From IMG/VR virus record IMGVR_UViG_3300034198_030405: a stretch of 64,000 nt of DNA. One strand, 5' to 3'. Positions 49,869 to 59,870 of this stretch are shown in pieces. Position 1 is the stretch's first letter, and each line of letters begins with the position of its first letter. Both the position numbers and the translations under genes were made by a program. The notes beneath the pieces were generated by a model. That model saw only the letters and a program-made list of their open reading frames with translations. It had not been told where the DNA came from and did no database searches. Origin of the DNA: an uncultured virus (IMG/VR IMGVR_UViG_3300034198_030405) (lineage: Duplodnaviria; Heunggongvirae; Uroviricota; Caudoviricetes).

Positions 49869-50115
49869 TTTTATTGAGATATTTGGAGATATACTTGCTT
49901 TTATACAGCATAGGATCGTAATCAACGAACATCTTAAATATCTGATAGTCACACTCTAAGTCAAGCATACTTTTAAACAAATCTCTATATTTTTTATTTT
50001 TAAGTAGCAGTAAAAAAATATTGGGAATATTTAATTTTTTACCATGCATGATGGTAATAAAACTACAAAAAGAGAGCATGCTATACTCCTGTTCAAACTC
50101 ACTTTCAAGATTCAT
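49849..50115 (-). CDS. Hypothetical protein
   Basis: Probable start MNLESEF at 50115. Confidence 0.5.
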   Translation of the reverse strand: MNLESEFEQEYSMLSFCSFITIMHGKKLNIPNIFLLLLKNKKYRDLFKSMLDLECDYQIFKMFVDYDPMLYKSKYISKYLNKNANALK

Positions 50116-51007
50116 GGGGAGATAAGGTCTTTGTAAATAATAAAAATTTTTCTGTAATTTTGCCGCCAGCAGCAGCATCGTGTCCGCCTGCTCCTTCACC
50201 GCATAGCGTATCTGCAAGAACAGATAAATTAACTTTGCAATCCTTGCTTTTTCTAAATGATACTGTTTTAGTTTTTGGGTTAACTAAGATGGCAATGTTT
50301 GCCTTGTATGTATTAATGATGTAATGTGCTACATCATTATGTGCTGCACTACAGAAGCAACTTATAACTTTGTTATCTCTGATTGTGCCTGTGAATAAAT
50401 GCAGGTCATCTGTAATTTCTTTAAGCTTTTTATAATAGAATACAATAGCATTTTGCTGCAATTGTGTAAATCCGCTAAAACCATTAATAAATTCTTTGCA
50501 AAATTGTTCTATTCTGTTGCCTGTATAGCTCCAGAATATGATGCTTAAATTTTTTGATTCTTTTAATTGCAGGGTATAGCTATCGTAATCACTTACTAAT
50601 AACAAAAGCTTCGTTCTCTCTGGTGTTATTGATTTTTGGCTGATTAAAATATTTTTGTTTTCTTTAAAAATAATTTCAGCGGCAGATTTACAATCATATA
50701 CATGTACTCTTGCCTTGATATAAGATGCGGCCTGCGTCTTATGTGATTCATGATGATCATAAATAACTACATTGCCAAGGTCAATTAGATCAGCAATGCT
50801 GCTGGTATCTAAATCAGCAAAGACAACTTGCTTGTAATCAGAAAACTTGTGTGTGTTAAGCCATTTGAGTAATTCTTCTCTCAGTCTTGCGGCATTGCAG
50901 GTGTATTTATCAATGTTTGTTTCGCCGTGCATCCATATGTGTATTATTTGACACATTGCGCCATCCAAATCCGCGTCAGACCAAACAGCTATTTTTTTGC
51001 TTGACAT
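50105..51007 (-). CDS. DHH/DHHA1 phosphoesterase
   Basis: DADLDG, FADL, YDHH, DYD, VSFR...GGHDAAAG. Confidence 0.9.
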   Translation of the reverse strand: MSSKKIAVWSDADLDGAMCQIIHIWMHGETNIDKYTCNAARLREELLKWLNTHKFSDYKQVVFADLDTSSIADLIDLGNVVIYDHHESHKTQAASYIKARVHVYDCKSAAEIIFKENKNILISQKSITPERTKLLLLVSDYDSYTLQLKESKNLSIIFWSYTGNRIEQFCKEFINGFSGFTQLQQNAIVFYYKKLKEITDDLHLFTGTIRDNKVISCFCSAAHNDVAHYIINTYKANIAILVNPKTKTVSFRKSKDCKVNLSVLADTLCGEGAGGHDAAAGGKITEKFLLFTKTLSPHES

Positions 51008-51036
51008 TATATCTATTTAATCTCTGTACAAATTAA

Positions 51037-52359
51037 TCAACTTTCATTCAAAAAGTTCAATGCTCGTGCTACATCTTCTGAATCTTGTGTCATGTTGTTG
51101 ATTGATACATCTTCTGAAATAGTGAGCGTGGAGTAGTCAATTTTAAAAGCATTGGTGCCGAGATTTCTACCAAATCTACTCTTAAGAATAGACGTTCTTA
51201 AAATGCCAGCTTCATTATCCCCTTCACCCTGCCATGCACTTGCAATGAAATCTGCGGTTGCACCAAGTGCATAACTCTCGCTCAAAGATGTTAAACCAGG
51301 CTCACTTACAGAATATCCAGTTCGATTCAGTTGGGTTACCGTGATTAGAGGGCATTTAAAAATGTAAGTTAGTGCACGTGTTTCTTCACTGATGTATTTG
51401 ATGCGTTCATAGGAATCTTTGCCACGTGTTGTTGTTAGCAAATTAATATAATCAATGATAATTGCATCAATTTTAACACCTTTTTTATTAATTTTTGTGA
51501 TGTAGCCTTGTATGTCTCGTGGAGTCATACAACTTGGAGGAAATTCTTTGATGATAATTCTGCCACCAGTTGAATCTTTGAAATTTTCTATTTTGGCAGA
51601 TATAACTTCAATATCATCTGCTAATTTACTGGTCGATGTTTTTGCAATTTGTGCAGTGAGCCTCTTGGCATAAACCATCTCTGACATTTCAAGCGAAATA
51701 ACGAGTACATTTTTTCTTTGTCTTGCTATATTAACTGCACAGTTGCCAAGAATAATACTTTTTCCGATGTTGGTTTCACCTGCAAAGACATACATTGCTC
51801 TACCATCTTGCATAAAACCACCATTAAGTTTTTCATCAAGCCATTTGTATCCAGTCGAGATAGTTGGATCGGTTCTTTTTAAGTCATCAGCGACGCGATG
51901 AAAATCGTTCAATAAATCTAAACCAATGTCGTGCACAAGAGTTACAGTGCAGGTTTTTTCAAACTGGTCTAAAATTTTGCTGGTATCAATGTTGCCATTC
52001 CCTACATCTTTAGCCACAGTCATCATGGTCTGATAAATGCCTCTCTCTTTTAAAAATCGCTCTGTATTATCATACAGCTCATCTTTATTAAGAGATTTAT
52101 CTATTGAAGCAATTGTGCCAAGTGCGGTTTTAAAACTCTGCCTTTTTTCATCTGAATCAAGATATGCTTTAATTTCTGTGGTTGTTGGCAAACACCTGCG
52201 TTTGTTATAAAAACTACAGATGATGTCAAATACCATGTGTAAATTTTTATCATTAAAGTATTCCGGTTTTACATGATCAATGATAGTGAGTAGATACTCT
52301 TCGTCAACAAGTGACTTGTATGTCACTACCTTTTCCATCCAGTCAAGATCTAAATTCAT
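51037..52359 (-). CDS. gp41: Replicative DnaB-like helicase
   Basis: AGETNIGKS, ISLEMSE, IIKEFPP, IIDYINLL, TQLNR, SES...ATADF, KSRFG. Confidence 0.95.
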   Translation of the reverse strand: MNLDLDWMEKVVTYKSLVDEEYLLTIIDHVKPEYFNDKNLHMVFDIICSFYNKRRCLPTTTEIKAYLDSDEKRQSFKTALGTIASIDKSLNKDELYDNTERFLKERGIYQTMMTVAKDVGNGNIDTSKILDQFEKTCTVTLVHDIGLDLLNDFHRVADDLKRTDPTISTGYKWLDEKLNGGFMQDGRAMYVFAGETNIGKSIILGNCAVNIARQRKNVLVISLEMSEMVYAKRLTAQIAKTSTSKLADDIEVISAKIENFKDSTGGRIIIKEFPPSCMTPRDIQGYITKINKKGVKIDAIIIDYINLLTTTRGKDSYERIKYISEETRALTYIFKCPLITVTQLNRTGYSVSEPGLTSLSESYALGATADFIASAWQGEGDNEAGILRTSILKSRFGRNLGTNAFKIDYSTLTISEDVSINNMTQDSEDVARALNFLNES

Positions 52360-52382
52360 ATCTATTAAAATAACATACTACC

Positions 52383-53060
52383 CTACGAATACAATTCAAG
52401 GAATTTTTTATTACTATTGCTCCATGTCACATCATTCAAGCTTTTGAGACCAGGTGATGCATGAAAAACATTGATGGGCCATACTCCAATTCTCATTCCT
52501 TTGTCATTGGCATCAATGCAACTTGCGATATCATAATGATGAAATTCAAAGTTTTCATTCCACCTCCATCCTGTTTCAATGGCGCGTGATACATTAACTG
52601 CAACAAACAGACCATCTACAATGGCAACTCGATCTGGTGTTGCACCAAATCCAGTCATAACTTTCTTATCGCCGAATATGTGACCAGCATATCCGCGGTG
52701 ATGTTCCCTGCTTGCCATGAGATGCCATAATGCAGGGTGTGTAATTTTTGGTTCTCGAGTTCCAGCTAGTCCAACTATGTCAAATTTTGAAGGGCCGTGC
52801 ATTGCTTCATTGAGCTTATCTTTGATGTGTGCATCATCAATCCAGACATCATCATGAACAAATATAATGTGGTTGTAATATTCTGCAACTTCTGCATTAA
52901 TAAATTTATTATATACTTTGCTCAACCCCTCAGTGTTGTTGGTGATAACTTTTAATGTGCTGGTCTCTGTTGACCAGCCGTAAGCTGCCATGCTTTTGTA
53001 AATAAGTGTATCATTTTTTTTAGCTTTTTGCGTGCAGCTTACATATAATATATTTTTCAT
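52383..53060 (-). CDS. GT2-like glycosyltransferase
   Basis: GLSKVYN, IFVHDDV, DIVGLAG, VDGLF, FHHYD. Confidence 0.75.
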   Translation of the reverse strand: MKNILYVSCTQKAKKNDTLIYKSMAAYGWSTETSTLKVITNNTEGLSKVYNKFINAEVAEYYNHIIFVHDDVWIDDAHIKDKLNEAMHGPSKFDIVGLAGTREPKITHPALWHLMASREHHRGYAGHIFGDKKVMTGFGATPDRVAIVDGLFVAVNVSRAIETGWRWNENFEFHHYDIASCIDANDKGMRIGVWPINVFHASPGLKSLNDVTWSNSNKKFLELYS

Positions 53061-53139
53061 TTTGTTGTTATTTTGTTAGTAATTTTATTTCTATACGCAC
53101 TTGTTGTAAATTATCTAATTTTAATTATAAATACATTAT

Positions 53140-53496
53140 ATGTCAAGAGTCATAGCACAGCTTATCTATTTGCAAATGCAAGTACGCATTTTTCATTGGC
53201 AAACAAAATCATATGCTCGTCACAAAGCTTTAGGTAAATTTTATGAATCTTTTGATGATTTGTTGGATAATTTTGTTGAAACATACCAGGGTATTTTTGG
53301 GCGCATTGGTTTTGCACAAAGTCTAGAATTAAAAAATCTTGAAGACTCTACAAATTTAGAGAACATTTTTAATAATGCCATTGCTATTTTAAGAAATGAA
53401 GCTCCAGATATAGATGAGCACTCTGATTTAATTAATCTTCGTGACGAAATGATTGGACAGATGGATAGATTAAAATACCTGCTTACTCTGGAATGA
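53140..53496 (+). CDS. Ferritin/Dps-like four-helix protein (DUF5856-like)
   Basis: FHWQTKSYARHKALGKFYE...DNFVETYQG...NLRDEM...KYLLTL; TATAAATA-N6-ATG. Confidence 0.75.
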   Translation: MSRVIAQLIYLQMQVRIFHWQTKSYARHKALGKFYESFDDLLDNFVETYQGIFGRIGFAQSLELKNLEDSTNLENIFNNAIAILRNEAPDIDEHSDLINLRDEMIGQMDRLKYLLTLE

Positions 53497-54190
53497 ATAA
53501 GAATGGTGAGTTATTATTAAACTTACCGAGAAGTGTTAAGCATCTGGTTTTAAACATTACCTCATAAATGCATCCTTCAGGAATCTGCATCCATCCTGCG
53601 CTTTTGCATTCAACTGAGCTAAAGCTGCCAGTTTTGGTATTTGCGAATAAAGTGCTGCCTTGACGTGCAATGAATGCTCTATTTTGAGCTCTATTAATGA
53701 TCCATACAGCAAATGTTCCTTTAATTTTCTCTAAAACCACTTTAATAGCCTTTTCAATCATCATAGCATTTCCCTCTTTATCGGATTTTTCATGCTTAAA
53801 AGTATGAAAATGCAGCATAATAGGAATCAAAGAGCTGTCAACCTTTATATCTTGTGCGGGTGCGTATTCCTGTTTTAGTTCTTCAAAATTTGAAATAACA
53901 CCATTATGTGCTACAATCCAATCATTGTCTTCAAACGGGTGACTTGTTTCTTCTTTCCATACTCTAACTGAACTTGTGGGTGCCTGAAAGTGGCCGAAAT
54001 GATAAACATTAGAGGCAACGTCTGCAATCTTATTAATGTCAGGCAATTTGCTAAATTTTTTTATATGAAAAGGTGCGGTGTTTTTATTATTAAAAAGACA
54101 ATGACTATATGCAAATGTTCCACGCTCTTTATTAGCATTAAATAAAACATCATACATATTTCGATCAAATGAACCTATAATTGAGCACAT
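53483..54190 (-). CDS. Class II (Ntn) glutamine amidotransferase
   Basis: MCSI N-terminal nucleophile Cys, HFQAPT, SHPF, AHNGVISN, VDS, GTFA. Confidence 0.85.
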   Translation of the reverse strand: MCSIIGSFDRNMYDVLFNANKERGTFAYSHCLFNNKNTAPFHIKKFSKLPDINKIADVASNVYHFGHFQAPTSSVRVWKEETSHPFEDNDWIVAHNGVISNFEELKQEYAPAQDIKVDSSLIPIMLHFHTFKHEKSDKEGNAMMIEKAIKVVLEKIKGTFAVWIINRAQNRAFIARQGSTLFANTKTGSFSSVECKSAGWMQIPEGCIYEVMFKTRCLTLLGKFNNNSPFLFIPE

Positions 54191-54258
54191 GGAATAATAT
54201 ACTGTAATATATTGTTGTGTAAAAGCAACAATATATTATTGGATAAATAAATAAAGAC

Positions 54259-55311
54259 ATGAGCAGCATTTTAAAGAGACCTGGTTGGGCAAATACATAC
54301 ATCATCGATGAGCGTATTAAAATAGGTGATTATGATAAGCCTGTGCCTGGCTGGGGTCCAGGCAAAGAAGCAAAAAAATTCTTTACTGACAAGGAAGGTC
54401 AAGAAGTTCCTACAGGGCGCTATGGTACAATGCGAACAGTAGGCAAGACAATATATAGAGAAGCAGAGCTTGCTTTTGCAAGATATCTTGCATCTTCTCT
54501 TGAAATTGCAGAGAATGTCATTGCTACTAAGGAAGTTAAACAAATTTTAAGAGATTATGCTACGCTTGACAGATTGCAGGAGAAAGGTTACAACAGTGTG
54601 GAACAATGGGTGCAGGGCTGGATTGAATATGCTCAGGACATATTCGGCATGGATCTTACAAATGTAAGTACACAGAGAGAACGTGCCATGAGAAATGCTG
54701 TTCAAGATGTTGCACAGGAAATAGAAGATGAGGTTGAAGGTGAAAATGAGATTGAAAATGGGATTGAAGATGATACTGATGATGAAATAGAAGCAGGTGA
54801 TGCATTACCGGCGCTAGGTAATGCTCAAGAAGGTACACCTCTTACACCAGAGTTAAAAGAGCGTATATCTGCAAATGCTATTAGACCGCAAAATGCTGAT
54901 TTATCTGATGATGGTACAGAATGGACAAAAATTTCCTTCTTGGGCCAAAGTGGCAGTTCTTTAACTTATGTTTATCTCAAGGATGTTCCTAAGAACAGAG
55001 AAAACACCTCGCTGCTTAGATCCATACGCACAGTTGGAGATGTTATCTCAAATTATGAACTTTCAAAGTATATAACTACAATTGAGCTGACTAAAAACGG
55101 TACAACAAAAAGTTATACAGTTGATGAAACAACTGCGGTACCACAAATGGCTCCTGCAGCACCAGCAGAGATGCGTAGAGAGGCTCGCCCAATTGAGTTG
55201 GATTTAGGAGAGTCAGCAAAGCTCAGTACTGAAAAGAGATCGATTTTAACAGAGCAAATGAGGATTTCTCGTATGCAACATATGCAGCGTATTGAGCAGC
55301 GTTATTTGTAG
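54259..55311 (+). CDS. Hypothetical acidic late protein
   Basis: 350-aa ORF; TAAATA-N5-ATG. Confidence 0.6.
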   Translation: MSSILKRPGWANTYIIDERIKIGDYDKPVPGWGPGKEAKKFFTDKEGQEVPTGRYGTMRTVGKTIYREAELAFARYLASSLEIAENVIATKEVKQILRDYATLDRLQEKGYNSVEQWVQGWIEYAQDIFGMDLTNVSTQRERAMRNAVQDVAQEIEDEVEGENEIENGIEDDTDDEIEAGDALPALGNAQEGTPLTPELKERISANAIRPQNADLSDDGTEWTKISFLGQSGSSLTYVYLKDVPKNRENTSLLRSIRTVGDVISNYELSKYITTIELTKNGTTKSYTVDETTAVPQMAPAAPAEMRREARPIELDLGESAKLSTEKRSILTEQMRISRMQHMQRIEQRYL

Positions 55312-56042
55312 ATAATATCTGTGCAACCTTGTTGTATATAAAGTCTCTCGATCTGATCCTGTTGTTTATATTTAATGGGATCTCTGAACCCTGCTTTGAT
55401 AAAGCCCTGAATTCTTAGACTGCTACTCGGTGATGTTGCATCGGCTAATTCTTCACCTGAATAACAGGTATATGTTTGATCAAACGGTACTTGCAAACCA
55501 ACACCCATTTTGATAATATCTGCTTTATCGCATTGAATCAAAGGTGCAACAACTTGAATTTTGTGTTCTCTGTTGAGAGCAGCAACAGCATTAATCTGTG
55601 GAAGAAATTCTGGTGAAGAATCCCAATATCCAGCAAGAGAGTCAACTGCAGTAGCGCCATGCCACACCTCGGATGCACCAACAGCTTCTGCATGCGATAG
55701 CGCAATGCTTAGAAACATAAGATTACGAAACGGTACATAACTCTTGGGTTGTGCTTCACCTGCAATCTTTCTAACGTCAGGCGTCTTGATATCATCATTA
55801 GTAAGTGATGAAGTCGGTGCTAGATGCTTAATGAATGATGCATCTACCTTTCGTAGAAAAATAGGTTTTTTGCTCCTGTATTTTGCGTCAGTATATAAGT
55901 AGTCGGCACATTTGAGTTCACGTGAATGTCTTTGACCGTAATCATATACAATGCAGTGAATTTCATCAGCTTCTTTAGCTGCTTTATAGAGTAGTACAGC
56001 ACTATCCATACCACCTGACAAAGGAACAACGATTTTCTTCAT
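55302..56042 (-). CDS. queC: QueC-family (7-cyano-7-deazaguanine synthase-like) PP-loop ATPase
   Basis: LSGGMDS, DYGQRH.RE, SSLT, YVPFRNLMFLS, TYTCY. Confidence 0.88.
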   Translation of the reverse strand: MKKIVVPLSGGMDSAVLLYKAAKEADEIHCIVYDYGQRHSRELKCADYLYTDAKYRSKKPIFLRKVDASFIKHLAPTSSLTNDDIKTPDVRKIAGEAQPKSYVPFRNLMFLSIALSHAEAVGASEVWHGATAVDSLAGYWDSSPEFLPQINAVAALNREHKIQVVAPLIQCDKADIIKMGVGLQVPFDQTYTCYSGEELADATSPSSSLRIQGFIKAGFRDPIKYKQQDQIERLYIQQGCTDIIYK

Positions 56043-56044
56043 GA

Positions 56045-56326
56045 TTAGAAGGTAATATCTTCAAAAATTTGTTCAAGTGCTTTTTTACTCTTTAAACCAG
56101 ATAAACGAGCTTCTTCATTACCGTTTTTTAAAAAAACAACGGTGGGTACTGTTGTAATGTTGAGATGCTTGTATGTCTTTGCTGATTCCTCGTCTTTCTC
56201 CAAATCAACGTATTTAACTGCAATCTCTGGATGCTCATCAGCAAACTGCTGAAATGCTGGTTTAAACATCGAACATGGACCGCACCATGTGGTTGAAAAA
56301 TATAATGCTTCAAATTTCTGTTTCAT
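56045..56326 (-). CDS. Thioredoxin
   Basis: WCGPC and VPT; start moved to MKQKF at 56326. Confidence 0.9.
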   Translation of the reverse strand: MKQKFEALYFSTTWCGPCSMFKPAFQQFADEHPEIAVKYVDLEKDEESAKTYKHLNITTVPTVVFLKNGNEEARLSGLKSKKALEQIFEDITF

Positions 56327-57419
56327 GTTCGTCTCCTTCCTCCGGTACTTCATCTGTAGTTTTATTCCCGTAAGCCCATTCAATTTTCATCTTCTCTTCA
56401 AGTTGCGGAAGAATATTGGTTTCCCACAGCTCAATATTATTGCGCCAGTTTTTAGCATATCCAAGCTTTGTGCCGTTAGCAAGAGCATAAGTTGCACCAT
56501 TTTGTATAACTACGCCCATGCCAACCGCAAGATCAAGCAAGCCATAATATCTATCTAAACCTGTTGAAAATGAGAGATACATCTCTCCTTCAAGATATTG
56601 TTTAATGAAGCGGTTCTTTCTAGTTAGCGCTCTAATAATGATACCGCCATAGTTTTTTTGGCCAACTGCAAGCTCGCTGTTTGAAACAGTCTTGCCTCCG
56701 TCATCCTTTAGAGGTTTGCGAGCCAATTGAATAGTGACGGATGGAAGGTATACAACCGACTTACCGCCAGGCATATTTTTCTCAATGCTTGGGTACATAG
56801 CTGTTGGATCATCATATACATGGTTAGTTATTACGAATGTTGTTTGTGTGAGTGCACCGAGATTAGTGCACGTCTGTAGCAGGGATTTTATGGCACGTGC
56901 TTTGGTACCCATGTCAGCGCTTGTGCTTTCTTTATCCATTCGGGCAAGCTCTAATTCTGACTGCAAGTTGCCGAGTGAGTCAATTGCGACAATGAACTTG
57001 CCTTCGAGCTTTTTTTCTCTGATGCTGTTAAGAAATTTATAAACTGCATTTCTTGTTTGTTCAATGCTTATGCATGGTACATATTTAACTTTGCTAATAT
57101 CAATTCCTAGTCGAGCTGCACCTTCAGGATCAATGGCAGATTCAGTATCAAAAATTACAGGAAATAGTCCTTGCTTTTGTGCATTTGCAATAATTTTTTG
57201 CACAAAAAGACTTTTACCGGTCATTGATTCTCCCGCGATCATGGTTACTCTTCCCTTGGGTATGCCTCCATTGCGTGACCCAGAAATAATTGAATTTAAA
57301 ACATAAGATCCTGTATCAATCCACTCTTTTACAGTACTGAGTGTATTATTGTTGAGGTACGTTGCATATGGGTTAATTTCGTTGATGCTATCAAGTGCTT
57401 CTACAATGTCTTTATCCAT
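56310..57419 (-). CDS. uvsX: RecA-like recombinase
   Basis: IDTGSYVLN.IISG, AGESMTGKS, FDTE, IDSLGNL, DMG.KA, NHVY, GG. Confidence 0.95.
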   Translation of the reverse strand: MDKDIVEALDSINEINPYATYLNNNTLSTVKEWIDTGSYVLNSIISGSRNGGIPKGRVTMIAGESMTGKSLFVQKIIANAQKQGLFPVIFDTESAIDPEGAARLGIDISKVKYVPCISIEQTRNAVYKFLNSIREKKLEGKFIVAIDSLGNLQSELELARMDKESTSADMGTKARAIKSLLQTCTNLGALTQTTFVITNHVYDDPTAMYPSIEKNMPGGKSVVYLPSVTIQLARKPLKDDGGKTVSNSELAVGQKNYGGIIIRALTRKNRFIKQYLEGEMYLSFSTGLDRYYGLLDLAVGMGVVIQNGATYALANGTKLGYAKNWRNNIELWETNILPQLEEKMKIEWAYGNKTTDEVPEEGDEHETEI

Positions 57420-57463
57420 GTAGGTATATATATGAAATTATATGTTTTTCAATGGGTATACAT

Positions 57464-57490
57464 AAAAAGAGCCACCATTTCTGGTGGCTC
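57464..57490 (-). terminator. Rho-independent terminator
   Basis: Minus strand reads GAGCCACCA-GAAA-TGGTGGCTC-TTTTT. Confidence 0.88.
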
Positions 57491-57512
57491 AATTTTATTA
57501 ATTATTAAGTAA

Positions 57513-57863
57513 TTAATCGTCAAAAAGTTTTACGATTTTGTTAGAACTTTCTGGTACAATGATGGGGCTTGGATTGAAAATCTTAGTATATTGGCTGATG
57601 AGCTTTTCGTCAAGAGCAATGTCTTCACCGATGCCACCGCCAATTAAACTGTATGTCCACACTGTGCCCTCACTGCGCTTAGAACTATCAAGCAACTCTC
57701 CAAAAAACACAGGGAACACCTGAACTGTCAGTTGTCCTGTTTGTGTTGGTTGAATAAAAATGCTTGCAGGATTTTTTACTTGAACATTATTTTCGGTGCG
57801 ACTAATGAGTTCACCGATGATGGTTTCACTTTGGTTCTTGAATACAACTAGGTTTTGTGTCAT
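57513..57863 (-). CDS. Hypothetical protein (Sm-like beta pattern)
   Basis: ETIIGEL...VKNPASI...Y.KIF. Confidence 0.55.
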   Translation of the reverse strand: MTQNLVVFKNQSETIIGELISRTENNVQVKNPASIFIQPTQTGQLTVQVFPVFFGELLDSSKRSEGTVWTYSLIGGGIGEDIALDEKLISQYTKIFNPSPIIVPESSNKIVKLFDD

Positions 57864-57892
57864 GTTTTAATTTATTATATCATCTCTTATTT

Positions 57893-58855
57893 TCAACCAA
57901 ATAAGTCAAATAAATCGACTGTTGTCTGCTCGTTTGGTTTGTGTGATGGCCACTTAACAGCAGCATAAAATCTCTCTACTACACTAAAGATAATTTTCTC
58001 AAACATTGTCTCATAATCAGGCTGGAATAATGCACTAAATTCGGCTGGATAATAGTATTTGAATGCAATGGTTTTAATGTTATATTTGTTTGGTGTCTTG
58101 ATGTACATCCAGCGTAGCTTATCTCCAGATTGTAACTTTTCATATTTGGTCTCTAAATCAAGCTTTTTGATCAATGTATTGTAGAAGTATGCTGATTTAA
58201 CATGCACTGGCATGCCTTTTGCAGTTGTAAAATCTTTGCAATTATTTGCATGCTTATCATAATCTTTCATGCCCATGACATATGCAATTTCCTCTGGCTT
58301 CAGCGATTTCAGCACCTCATATGCTTCATTGAGGACCTTGTTTGTATCAGCACGATTCTGTACACCAATCATTGTCTCAATAATTTTTTTGACATATGGT
58401 TTAATTGCTTTAGGCATTGCAGTTCGTACCACTTCTACACCCACATACTTCCACTTGTCACATACAATGCCTTCATCATCTACTACATGCGCAACGTATC
58501 GCTTCTTTTGTAAAAATAGTCCTTTATCAATGATAGACTCTCGCTTAAAAAAGATTCTAGGATCGAGAGAGTTGAGTGAATTAATCATCCGCTCCTTGAC
58601 TTTTTCATTGATATAATTATTAAGATTATCGATAACTTCATACACCTGTGGCGTTACTTTGCCATCTGTAAGAAGCGGTATGTTGTGATGCTTGAGGAGT
58701 GGTGCAATGGAGAGATATACACTATTATGTACAAGAATATCGTTAGCAAAAAAATTGTGAGCATTATCTCTATCTATTTCTATATCATAAACATATTGCT
58801 CATCACTATTGATAATCTCAATAGAATCAATATTCACTAATTTTATATCATTCAT
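57893..58855 (-). CDS. gp43: DNA polymerase B, fragment 3 (C-intein + palm/thumb)
   Basis: After the 44-aa C-intein come SVY, FKRE, KKRY, KYVGVEVVRT, PVHVKSA and GDKLRW. Confidence 0.93.
   Translation of the reverse strand: MNDIKLVNIDSIEIINSDEQYVYDIEIDRDNAHNFFANDILVHNSVYLSIAPLLKHHNIPLLTDGKVTPQVYEVIDNLNNYINEKVKERMINSLNSLDPRIFFKRESIIDKGLFLQKKRYVAHVVDDEGIVCDKWKYVGVEVVRTAMPKAIKPYVKKIIETMIGVQNRADTNKVLNEAYEVLKSLKPEEIAYVMGMKDYDKHANNCKDFTTAKGMPVHVKSAYFYNTLIKKLDLETKYEKLQSGDKLRWMYIKTPNKYNIKTIAFKYYYPAEFSALFQPDYETMFEKIIFSVVERFYAAVKWPSHKPNEQTTVDLFDLFG
58724..58855 (-). mobile_element. Split intein C-part (44 aa, HN|S)
   Basis: YVYDIEI...HNFFANDILVHN|SVY. Confidence 0.92.
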
Positions 58856-59846
58856 AAATAAATTTTTTCGCCCGGCTCACGCATTCCTCTGGATCATTAA
58901 TATATTCTGATTCCCATATAATTATAACACTATACCCACGACTCTCAAGTATTTTAATTTTATAATTATCATGTTCCCATATATCATATGCTGATATATT
59001 TTTATTATAAAAATTGGGAGTATCTTCAGCTTTATATATTAGCGGATTTGCGTGAAATATATCACCGTTAAATTCAACACATTTTTTACTAGTCGTATCT
59101 ACAAAGTCATAAAAAAACGGTCGACATTTCACATTGTCATAAATGCAGAATTCTTTATTTTTTTGAGCAAAATATTGATTATTTGTATTGTTGTGTATTT
59201 TCCAGAATAAATCTTGTGAAATTTTTGAATGAAAGGATTTGGAAGCTTTCTTTTCAATATAATGTTTGTATTTATCTATGCCTTTTTCTTCACCATATTT
59301 TTTAATATAGTTATATAGATTGTTTATTTTACTCCTGCACACTGCATCATATCTCTGCTGCCCCTCTGTTTCACCGAGTTTATCCTTAAAGTATTCAATA
59401 CTACATCCAACATATTTTTGTAATTTTATATATTCATCCCATTTTGCACAACCTTTTTCATTTCCGTACCTTCTTATAAAATTATCACGGGTACAAGCTC
59501 TTCCACGGTTATAATCATCAAACTGCTCTCTTGTCCAGCCATATTTATGATGCTTATACTCAAATGTATTTTTTAAGGATTGTTTTGATCTATATTCACT
59601 CCATCGCTTCATTCCTTCTTCAAGGCCATATTTTTCAATAGATATATCTTTGGTAAATTTTAATTTATTTATTATAGTTTTTGCAATTCTATCTTCTTTT
59701 GTAGTGTTAAATCTAACATCATAAGAAGCGGTATTAAGTCCATGCATTGCAATATGATTGCCATCTACTCTGACAAGCTTTTTATTGCACACTCTGCATG
59801 TGACATATGTATTTTCGTCATTTTCATTAATTTTATTTTTTATCAT
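58848..59846 (-). mobile_element. Vsr/DUF559-like homing endonuclease gene between the polymerase split-intein halves
   Basis: C2H2-like N-terminus, KYG.EEG repeats, FYDF...VEFNGDIFHANP...GYSVIIIWESEY; TAAATA-N6-ATG. Confidence 0.85.
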
Positions 59847-59870
59847 ATATACTATTTATGCTGGTGATAC

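Noticed and set aside
53483..56042. QatABCD defence operon
   Set aside because: There is no KAP ATPase or TatD partner, and the genes sit in a phage replication region.
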